A stretch of DNA of 64,000 nucleotides. Source: an uncultured Desulfovibrionaceae bacterium (GTDB lineage Bacteria > Desulfobacterota > Desulfovibrionia > Desulfovibrionales > Desulfovibrionaceae). The position numbers and the translations under genes are program-made. The notes beneath the pieces were generated by a model, which saw only the letters and a program-made list of their open reading frames with translations, was not told the DNA's origin and ran no database searches. Within the stretch, counting starts at the first letter, position 1. Each line of letters opens with the position of its first letter. The DNA is taken from contig CAZSRS010000020.1 of NCBI GenBank assembly GCA_964609625.1, positions 584 to 64,583 on the forward strand, given 5' to 3'. Below are positions 56,823 to 64,000 of the stretch, in pieces.

Positions 56823-58079
56823 TCACGAAAGGGAGTTGAAAAGCCGGAGCAGATCCTCGAGATGTCTGTCCATGCTCACGTCCGTCAAGGCATACTGTCT
56901 TGCCGCGCGCCCCATGCGCTCCAGTTCCTCGGGCGCGGCCAGCATGCGTTCCATGGCATGAGCCAGGTCGTCTGGATCGTCAGGAGCGAACAGCTCGCCG
57001 GTGACGCCGGGTCGCACCTGCTCCGGAATGCCGCCGATGTTTGCGGCCAGTACCGGCGTGCCTTGGAGGTAACTCTCGTATATGGAGAGGGGGGCGTTGT
57101 CGTACCAGCGGCTAGGCACGACGCTGAACTTGGCGGCGGCGATGCTGCGCGCCAGATCCTGCCCCTGGAGAAAGCCTGGAAATACAATGCGTTCACGCAT
57201 TTCCGGATGGATCATGGCCCGCAATGCATCCTCGCAGCCGTCGTAGGAACGGCCGGCCAGGACCAGTTTCTGCCTGGGGCGCAACCGCTGCCACGCGTCC
57301 ACCAGCACATCCAGACCCTTTTCCTTGGAAATACGGCCAAAGAACAGGACAAAGTCCTCCTTGGGCGTATCCGCGGTCTCTTCCAGGGGCATGCTGGGAA
57401 TGGCCGGCCAGAGGTTCACGTGGATGCGCCCGGGATCAAAGCCGCCAGCCAGGAGTTGCTCGCGCATGAAGGTGCAGGGCACGACGAAGGCGTCGGCGGT
57501 CTCATAAAGCTTGAGCCATTTCTGCACATACATCGAGAAGACGCGCAGGACCGAGGCCGTGAGGCTGTTCTTCACGCATTTGTGGATCACGCCGTTGTAA
57601 TACGCGCCGCTTCGACAGAGAATGCAGGGCTTGTTGTCACGCAGGAAGGTGTAGTTGGCGCAAAGGACATGGTAATCCCCGAAATTCACCACAACGGGTA
57701 TGCCGCGTTTCTTGAAGCTGTGCACCACGCTGGGTGACATATAGTTGTAAATGTTCAGGAGATAACCAATGTCGGCGCCGCCGATGTGGTCCAGTAGACG
57801 GTCGAGGCAACGCCTGGCCTCGAAGGAGTAGATACTGCGCTCGGCATGCAGAGCCAGGGAGCGTAGCGATGGTTTGATATCCTTGAAGAATCGGGCGTCG
57901 GCAGGGCCTGGCGGTGGCAGAAAGAAGCGGGAGTAGGGGGAGGGCCAGTTTCCGGCATAGGCCACGCTGAAAGGGACAACCTCGTGCCCGAGTTGCGGCA
58001 GGGCGTCCATGATACCCTGAATGTAGCGCTCCACGCCGCCGTTGAGGAAAAAGTACTTGCTGCAAAGCAGAATTCGCAT
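56823..58079 (-). CDS. GT4-family glycosyltransferase
   Basis: MRILLCSKYFFLNGGVERYI..., FFGRISKEKGLDVL and VVPSRWYDNAPLSIYESYLQGTPVLAANIGGIPE. ATG 58079 was preferred. Confidence 0.9.
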   Translation of the reverse strand: MRILLCSKYFFLNGGVERYIQGIMDALPQLGHEVVPFSVAYAGNWPSPYSRFFLPPPGPADARFFKDIKPSLRSLALHAERSIYSFEARRCLDRLLDHIGGADIGYLLNIYNYMSPSVVHSFKKRGIPVVVNFGDYHVLCANYTFLRDNKPCILCRSGAYYNGVIHKCVKNSLTASVLRVFSMYVQKWLKLYETADAFVVPCTFMREQLLAGGFDPGRIHVNLWPAIPSMPLEETADTPKEDFVLFFGRISKEKGLDVLVDAWQRLRPRQKLVLAGRSYDGCEDALRAMIHPEMRERIVFPGFLQGQDLARSIAAAKFSVVPSRWYDNAPLSIYESYLQGTPVLAANIGGIPEQVRPGVTGELFAPDDPDDLAHAMERMLAAPEELERMGRAARQYALTDVSMDRHLEDLLRLFNSLS

Positions 58080-58139
58080 GGCCGGTCCTTGTTCTGGCAC
58101 AACGGTTCACGAGCAAGGTGGAAACTGCTTTCTGTATGA

Positions 58140-60224
58140 CTATGGCTGTTTCGGCTCGGCCATGAATATCCCCAAACCACTGTAGCCCACAAGTACCGAT
58201 GCAGGGGCGTCTGGAGCGATTGCTATGGTCAAGATTCCCACGGGAGCAATGTCGGTCTCCACCAGCTGGAAGCTTTCACCGCCGTCAGTACTGACGTATA
58301 AGCCCCGCGCAGCACTGTAGTTGAAGGCGCTGGTCCCCACGAACATCGTCTTTCCGTCCTGTCCAAAGGCCACGGCGTATGTAGCGGCATCGGGCCCTGG
58401 ATCAAAGGGCAGTGTCAGGGAGCGCCACGTGTCGCCGCTATTTTCGGTAAGCAATACCTTGTTTCCCCCCGCGGATGCCAGCAGGCGTTCGGGATTGGTG
58501 GGGTCCATGGCCATGCCGAAAATGAAGCCTTCGGTGCCGGGGAGCAGCTTCCAGTTCTTGCCGCGATCCTGGGTCTTGTAGACACCGCCGGCAAGGGTGC
58601 CGGCGTAGATGATCTCAGGATTGCCTGGATGTAGCAGCAGACTGTCTGGTCCCTTGACAAAAGGGGTGGACACGCCGGCCAGGATGTTTTCCGCCGTGGC
58701 AAATCCCCCTTGAGGCAGAGGGACGGCGGTGTCCAGCCTTAGGACGCCGTACCCGTTGGTAGCCACATAGACCACGTCATCGTTGTCCGGATCAACCACC
58801 ACATTGCTGGGTAGTGCGTCGACATAACCCTGCGTGAAGGTCTTGCGTTGTACGGCAATGGGATAATAGACCCAAGAGCGCCCCATGTCGGTGCTCTTGT
58901 AGAGATGAAAGAGAGCGGTGCCTTCAGGGTCCTTCGGGAACCAAGGTTTCATGACCATGTATAATTTCCTGGGCGAGCCAGAGGTAAAGGCCAAGCTTTG
59001 AGCGTGGCCATCGACCACGTCCTTCATGCGGCGCTCCCAGCTTTGGCCGTTGTCTTCAGTGATCATGAGCCCGTTGTCGGCCACGGCCAGGAAGATGGTT
59101 TCCGTATTGTCGTCTGGGAAAGCGATGTCGTTGACCACCGAGTTTTGCAGGCCCGTGACGGTCTGCGCCCAGGTGTTTCCACCGTCCAGGGTTCGCCAGG
59201 CGTTCCACCAATCCATGAGGTAGCCGACATTACCGTTCTCGAGAAAGAGTATGGTTTCTACGGATTCCATGCCCATGGCCCAACTTTCGATGGGGCTGGT
59301 GTGGGCGAAATGGGTGGGGATTTTCCATGAAGCACCGTTGTCCGTGGTGCTGAGCAACAGTCGAGGCCAGTATTCGGGGTGTGAGGCCACAAGGATATTC
59401 GGGGTGGGGTGGGGATTGCACGCCAGTGCCTTGAAAAACACGAGCCCCTCGCCAGGCAGCTGGTCTTTGCTCGGGCCGATGGATTCCCACTTTTCCTTGC
59501 CTTCGTCGTAGGCAAAAGCACCGGCGTAATGCTCGACAGTGAGCATGGGGCAGCCCTGGGGCGCGATCAAATCCATGAAATTGTCCTTGCCCATGGGGAA
59601 TCCCTTGTTGAAGGGTTTCCAGTGGTCGTCACCCCATACGCGAATGCCGGAGTCCGTGGCGGCGTAAAGTGCGCCGTTCCGGAACGTCAGGCTGTTGACC
59701 TTGGAACCGCCCAAACCAAGGAGAGGTTCAATCCGCCAATCCAGGGAGTCCAGTTGTTTCGGAGGGGTCAATTTGAACACGCCGTTCAAGTCGCTCCCAG
59801 CATAGAGAAAACCATCCGGAGCGAACAACAGCAGATCGGAGCCGAAAAAACGCTCGTCGTAACGTATCTTGTCGCTGATCTGATGCATGGTTTTGCCGCG
59901 GTCCACGCTGTAAAACAACCCTCTGTCACAAAGTACCATGACACAGTCCGGCCGGCCGGGTGGGACGACAATATCGGCTACCGCCAAGCCATGAAGTCCG
60001 TTGCCAACGGCGGTGTAAGTAAGCCCAGCGTCTTCACTGACATATATTCCGGCAACATCGGAACCGACGTAAACGCGCTGAGGGTGGTCGTGGGCTACAG
60101 CAACGGTTGTGAAGCGTCCTCCGCCACCAAAGCCCCTTGGTGTGAGAATGTAGGATCCTGCCATGGACCGTGCAGAGAAGGACAGGTCCAGGAGCAGCAA
60201 CAAGGCAAACAGGACGAGACGCAT
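58140..60224 (-). CDS. Secreted BNR/Asp-box beta-propeller protein (sialidase / GH74 / sortilin-like)
   Basis: Signal peptide plus at least 8 Asp-box-like motifs (SVDRGKTM, TTDNGASW, TLDGGNTW, TEDNGQSW, STDMGRSW, TQDRGKNW, TENSGDTW, STDGGESF). Confidence 0.8.
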   Translation of the reverse strand: MRLVLFALLLLLDLSFSARSMAGSYILTPRGFGGGGRFTTVAVAHDHPQRVYVGSDVAGIYVSEDAGLTYTAVGNGLHGLAVADIVVPPGRPDCVMVLCDRGLFYSVDRGKTMHQISDKIRYDERFFGSDLLLFAPDGFLYAGSDLNGVFKLTPPKQLDSLDWRIEPLLGLGGSKVNSLTFRNGALYAATDSGIRVWGDDHWKPFNKGFPMGKDNFMDLIAPQGCPMLTVEHYAGAFAYDEGKEKWESIGPSKDQLPGEGLVFFKALACNPHPTPNILVASHPEYWPRLLLSTTDNGASWKIPTHFAHTSPIESWAMGMESVETILFLENGNVGYLMDWWNAWRTLDGGNTWAQTVTGLQNSVVNDIAFPDDNTETIFLAVADNGLMITEDNGQSWERRMKDVVDGHAQSLAFTSGSPRKLYMVMKPWFPKDPEGTALFHLYKSTDMGRSWVYYPIAVQRKTFTQGYVDALPSNVVVDPDNDDVVYVATNGYGVLRLDTAVPLPQGGFATAENILAGVSTPFVKGPDSLLLHPGNPEIIYAGTLAGGVYKTQDRGKNWKLLPGTEGFIFGMAMDPTNPERLLASAGGNKVLLTENSGDTWRSLTLPFDPGPDAATYAVAFGQDGKTMFVGTSAFNYSAARGLYVSTDGGESFQLVETDIAPVGILTIAIAPDAPASVLVGYSGLGIFMAEPKQP

Positions 60225-60254
60225 GGATATCTCCGGCTTTGCAGTGAGCGATAC

Positions 60255-60881
60255 CTAGTCCGGCGGCATGGGGAGTGACGTGCGTTGGCCGCTGAACGTC
60301 GCATGGTAGTGAACCTGTTCGTACCCGATATTGTCAAGGCCTGTCATGTGGACCGTTCCAGAAACCGAGTTTCCGGAGAACGAAAGGTTGAGCGTGCCGC
60401 TGGTGGCGAAGACCATGGTTGGTTTGGCCACGAGGTCAGTCTCTTTGATGCGTTCGGTCTCCCGATGGGTCAACGGTCCTTTTGATCCAAATAAAGCAGG
60501 GCTGAGGTAGAAAAAATGGTTTTTCGAAAGGGTGTAACTGTTTGTCGTGGAGGTAATGGTATTCCCAAAACTTTGCATGGCTCCGTCTTCGGAGTTCCAG
60601 TAAAATGAATTACGCATGTTGGAGCGTGGGTAGCCTACAACAACGATGAGGTAGGTGTTCGGGTCGAAGGTGGCTGGTTGTCGTACCTCCAGAATAGCGT
60701 TCACATTGCTGAAGAAAATGGCATTGGCTGAACCTGATAAAGTCATTAAATATGCTACTCGGTCTTCATCGGGATTCAAAATGTCGGATCCAAGAGGATC
60801 AAACGCCATACTGATGCTGTTCAAGCCAAGTAGCAGACCGAGAGACAGGATCAAAGTGACGGGAAAAGTTGATTTCGACAT
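60255..60881 (-). CDS. Secreted hypothetical protein (208 aa)
   Basis: Signal peptide VTLILSLGLLLGLNSISMA and a beta-rich composition. It starts after an AT-rich promoter-like region. No motif recognised. Confidence 0.6.
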   Translation of the reverse strand: MSKSTFPVTLILSLGLLLGLNSISMAFDPLGSDILNPDEDRVAYLMTLSGSANAIFFSNVNAILEVRQPATFDPNTYLIVVVGYPRSNMRNSFYWNSEDGAMQSFGNTITSTTNSYTLSKNHFFYLSPALFGSKGPLTHRETERIKETDLVAKPTMVFATSGTLNLSFSGNSVSGTVHMTGLDNIGYEQVHYHATFSGQRTSLPMPPD

Positions 60882-61264
60882 GGTGTTAACGTCCGGTTTA
60901 AAAAGTAAGTATAATCAAGTGTAATAGACTGTCAATGGGTAAAGTGCAGTTGTCGAAGACGCGTAAAACCATGTTCATTTGCTCAAAGAAAGAGATGTCA
61001 ACCAGTGGACTGCACACAGATGACAACGCAAAAGTAATTACAAAGCGCGAGACATAAAAAGTTTGCACAAAAAAATTGTAACGAATAATCTAATATAAAA
61101 ATGATATGAATATACGAAATTTTTGCATTAAGAAGAACCATGAATAATGCATTAGAAAAAATATTGAAAATGGAAAAATTAAAAAAAGTATGTTGCTGTG
61201 TTTTGTGCTTCTGATAAGCAGTAGCAAATAAGGTGAACGTGCGGCAAAAAATTCTTGTGTAAAA

Positions 61265-62713
61265 TTAAACGGCATATTTGTTGTAAAGTCTGTCAATCAT
61301 GCCCGCGAAAATAAACATATTGAGATTGGCGAAAAGATGGAGAGTTGGTTCCTGAAATGTGTTGTTGACAAGATTCGCCAGAACGGCAAGACCGAGGAGG
61401 AGAACGAAATTGGCGTTGATGAATACATTCTCGGGAACAGCATGGGCAAGCTTAATAAAACGGTAAAGAATCGCGCAGAGAAATAAGAGGTAGACTAGCA
61501 AGCCGATAGAACCAAGTTCCGCGGCGACACCCATGAGGTGGTTGTGCTGGAGCTCGGTTTCAGAGGTCGCGAACAGCGAAGACGCGCGAAACTGGGCCAG
61601 GCCCGTACCAAAAAAAGGATTGTTCAGAAAAATGAACAAGGATTTATTCATAAGTTGAAAACGAATTTCAACCTCTTTTACTTGATATAAACCACCGGCA
61701 AGTCTGTCCTCGGAGGTCAATCGCTGTGCGTTCATGGCGATGATGAAGACGCACATGATCAAGGGAATGGCCAACAATTTCCATTTAGGGAACGAGGTAC
61801 GGTATGCGAATGCAAGCCCACCAAGGATGACTAAAAAGAGAAGATACACGGAGCGGGTACGAGTGAAATACATGGCGAGAACATGCAGTGCAAGAAAAAA
61901 CATGTGCAATCGTCGTAGGTTGCCTTTGGATATGGGTATAAGTGCAATCCCCGCGAGAAAACATATTGCAAGCAAAAGGCCGTTTATGCCTGAGTTGAGA
62001 AACGGTCCACGGGCACGTTCGAGGTGGAGCAATACGTTGGGATCTATAATGTATTGCGGAAAGACAAGGTTGGTCAGCTTGTAGTTTTCGAAAAAAGCAA
62101 TGATGCTGATGTAAGTACCCAAATAAAACATGCCGCGCAGGAACAAGGGGTAGTCGCGTTCAGGATCAAGTAGATACTTGGCAAAAAAGAACCCGATCGT
62201 AGGAAATAAATAACCAGCGATGAACATGAACCATGGTTTGGCAAAAGCACGGAAAGCTGGTTGGAACCCGTATATGGACATTGAAAGCAGACAAATACAG
62301 AGGAAAAGAATAAGTATGATATCGATGGATTTCGTTTGCGAAGAATTGATGCGATGATGAAATATCTGAAAAAGAGCTGTTACGGTAAGGATTATGAAAG
62401 CGAATCTCTCGATGGTCAGGTCAAATCCACCAGGAATTTTCAATGCACCGAAATAGCCGCCCCAAAGTACTGTTGCGATGACCCAAAATGTAAAAACATA
62501 TGCGATTCTATTGGAGGATGGAACTAGACTGGCAGTATGGGCATTATACGAAAGGATGCCCCAGGTACATATGAGCAACAAGGCGGCAATAAAAATGTAT
62601 ACAAAGAACAGTGCAGAAGAAGCGCTGTAGGAGATTGGGAGTAGATTCCAAATTGGAGAGAGGAATTCATTCACGTTTGTAGCTTCTGCAAATATATAGA
62701 CAATAAAATACAC
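61265..62713 (-). CDS. O-antigen ligase/polymerase-family (Wzy-like) membrane protein; low-GC gene
   Basis: About 10 to 12 TM helices. The central loop TRTRSVYLLFLVILGGLAF...FGTGLAQF is typical of the Wzy_C domain. Confidence 0.8.
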   Translation of the reverse strand: MYFIVYIFAEATNVNEFLSPIWNLLPISYSASSALFFVYIFIAALLLICTWGILSYNAHTASLVPSSNRIAYVFTFWVIATVLWGGYFGALKIPGGFDLTIERFAFIILTVTALFQIFHHRINSSQTKSIDIILILFLCICLLSMSIYGFQPAFRAFAKPWFMFIAGYLFPTIGFFFAKYLLDPERDYPLFLRGMFYLGTYISIIAFFENYKLTNLVFPQYIIDPNVLLHLERARGPFLNSGINGLLLAICFLAGIALIPISKGNLRRLHMFFLALHVLAMYFTRTRSVYLLFLVILGGLAFAYRTSFPKWKLLAIPLIMCVFIIAMNAQRLTSEDRLAGGLYQVKEVEIRFQLMNKSLFIFLNNPFFGTGLAQFRASSLFATSETELQHNHLMGVAAELGSIGLLVYLLFLCAILYRFIKLAHAVPENVFINANFVLLLGLAVLANLVNNTFQEPTLHLFANLNMFIFAGMIDRLYNKYAV

Positions 62714-64000
62714 TATTTAACATGGGAGATGGAGCCGATACAAGGCACACCAAGATAGCGTTCGATGTCATCTGGAGTTTTAATTGTATGATCAAAGTAG
62801 TCACGACCCAAGGCTAAAGCAACACCAAAGAAAAAGCCACCAATTAAACCCATCACGGCCAACAGTACTCGTTTTGGTCTAACAGGATCAATGGGTAGTT
62901 GCGGTTCTTCAACAAGCGTTAAACTTCTCTTGAATCTGTCCAATGAAGTGGCCATTCGAGCTTGTTCCAATTGATTAACAGCATTGGAGTAAGCGTCCTT
63001 GGCCAGAAGGAAATCTTGTTTTAGTTCTTCATACGTAGCACGTTCCTGAGCTGTATCTGCAATCGCTGATTCCATGAGAGCTATGCTTTTTTCCACTTCA
63101 CGCATTTCGGATTTCAAACCCTGAGTCTGGATTTTCAAAGCCTTGAGCATGGAATCAAATTCCTGCCGCAGCAGCGTGATGTTCATATCCAGCTCTTCTT
63201 TGAGAGAGCGCAAAGGCTCATAGGCATCTGTATATTTTGTTTTTAGTTCATTGATTTGAAGTTGCAACTGTGCAACCTTGATACGATAAGCGGAAATAGT
63301 CTTGCCAGCTCCTTCCATGTCAGACATGACCACAGGGATGCGATTGATCTTTGACTCATCTTCCAAGGAACTTATAATTACGTTCAGAGAATCAATCTGC
63401 TGCTGCAGTTCTTGTTTTCTGCCGAGCGCTTGCGTCAACAATGCCTTGGGTCCTACTTCAACAGAGGTCTTCCCGGACTCAAGATTCAACATGTCAACCA
63501 AAGCAGATGCATTTCGAACTTCATAATTCCGAAGTTTCTCACTTTTCTGCTTGAGTTCGGCTTCAAGCGCGGTAACCTGCCCTTGGAAAAATTCAAAGGA
63601 ATACTCCGCCTTGGACTTAGAGAGTTGGTCAAAGGCCTTGATGTATGCCTCGGTCATAGCCTTGGTAGTTTTCTCGACAGTCTCTGGATTCTTCCCCTGA
63701 AAGGTTAGATAAAATACATTGGTGCCCTCAAAACTTTCGCCTTTGGGTGGGGCAACTATAAGGTTGGTCTTGATTGCCTCGACTGCTGCACCGACATCTC
63801 CCTCCGCTATTCCTGGATATATCTGCAACACAGCAGCCTTTAATACATTGTTGGAATAAATCAGTTCTTTCTGGTTCTGCATAAGACGTATCATGCGATC
63901 CTTGAGATCCCAGAATTGCTCTTTTTGAAGAGGATCTATCTCCTCACTGATGTTGATAAAAAATTTGGCGGATGATTCATAGACCGGAGGAAGAACAATC
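62713..64000 (-). CDS. Polysaccharide co-polymerase (Wzz/GumC-type chain-length determinant, no kinase domain); 5-prime end outside the window
   Basis: Long coiled-coil periplasmic region and C-terminal TM RVLLAVMGLIGGFFFGVALAL. The frame stays open from 63894 to 64000 (IVLPPVYESSAKFFINISEE...), so the listed Met is internal. Its stop overlaps the Wzy-like start. Confidence 0.85.
   Translation of the reverse strand, partial: IVLPPVYESSAKFFINISEEIDPLQKEQFWDLKDRMIRLMQNQKELIYSNNVLKAAVLQIYPGIAEGDVGAAVEAIKTNLIVAPPKGESFEGTNVFYLTFQGKNPETVEKTTKAMTEAYIKAFDQLSKSKAEYSFEFFQGQVTALEAELKQKSEKLRNYEVRNASALVDMLNLESGKTSVEVGPKALLTQALGRKQELQQQIDSLNVIISSLEDESKINRIPVVMSDMEGAGKTISAYRIKVAQLQLQINELKTKYTDAYEPLRSLKEELDMNITLLRQEFDSMLKALKIQTQGLKSEMREVEKSIALMESAIADTAQERATYEELKQDFLLAKDAYSNAVNQLEQARMATSLDRFKRSLTLVEEPQLPIDPVRPKRVLLAVMGLIGGFFFGVALALGRDYFDHTIKTPDDIERYLGVPCIGSISHVK

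Noticed and set aside
61090-61296. 68-aa minus-strand ORF (MTDFTTNMPFNF...FLY) in the AT-rich spacer
   Set aside because: Its Phe/Ile/Leu/Lys-rich sequence is what an AT-rich non-coding region yields by chance. It overlaps the 3-prime end of the Wzy-like gene region and has no Shine-Dalgarno.

Overview
This is a high-GC (upper 50s to about 60% by eye) chromosomal segment. It looks like a Desulfovibrio-type deltaproteobacterium: Tat-exported split-Soret-like dihaem cytochrome, Isf-like flavoprotein, many redox genes. There are no rRNA or tRNA genes, CRISPR arrays, transposases or recognisable phage or defence genes. All functional calls come from reading the translations and recognising motifs; no database search was possible.

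Positions 1 to about 39.3 kb are ordinary, densely packed housekeeping and accessory genes:
- a Pat-like acyl-CoA synthetase/GNAT (partial)
- an orphan HigA next to a decayed HigB
- a LysR regulator and a Tat-exported dihaem protein
- two MarC-family membrane proteins
- a Cache-domain MCP, CheR and an OmpA-like protein
- a solitary flagellar-rod-like gene
- a tightly coupled redox operon: nitroreductase, MBL hydrolase, small ORF, Isf-like flavoprotein, ComF, lytic transglycosylase
- a 1,427-aa fused activase/dehydratase-family protein
- a TetR plus RND efflux pair
- an orphan XRE antitoxin, a hydantoinase-family protein and DsbA
- a monohaem cytochrome c followed by a NOX/ferric-reductase-type flavocytochrome
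- a GGDEF-PilZ fusion

From about 39.4 kb to the window end lies a Wzx/Wzy-type exopolysaccharide locus of mosaic GC content. It holds several GT4 glycosyltransferases, a priming sugar transferase, a MurJ-like flippase, a Wzy-like polymerase, a Wzz/GumC co-polymerase, two BY-kinase-like ATPases, an SGNH protein and a BNR propeller.

The observation I rate highest is a 75-codon reading frame at 17365-17592. It is invisible in the ORF track because of an in-frame TGA, which is followed at the canonical distance by a SECIS-like hairpin. This makes it a candidate TusA-like selenoprotein.

Other items worth a second look:
- a promoter, structured leader and terminator upstream of the cytochrome c/NOX pair
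- the GGDEF-PilZ fusion
- a SPOR/pentapeptide-repeat/ATPase fusion
- a Walker-A-defective kinase paralogue
- a chimeric-GC priming transferase
- several decayed gene remnants
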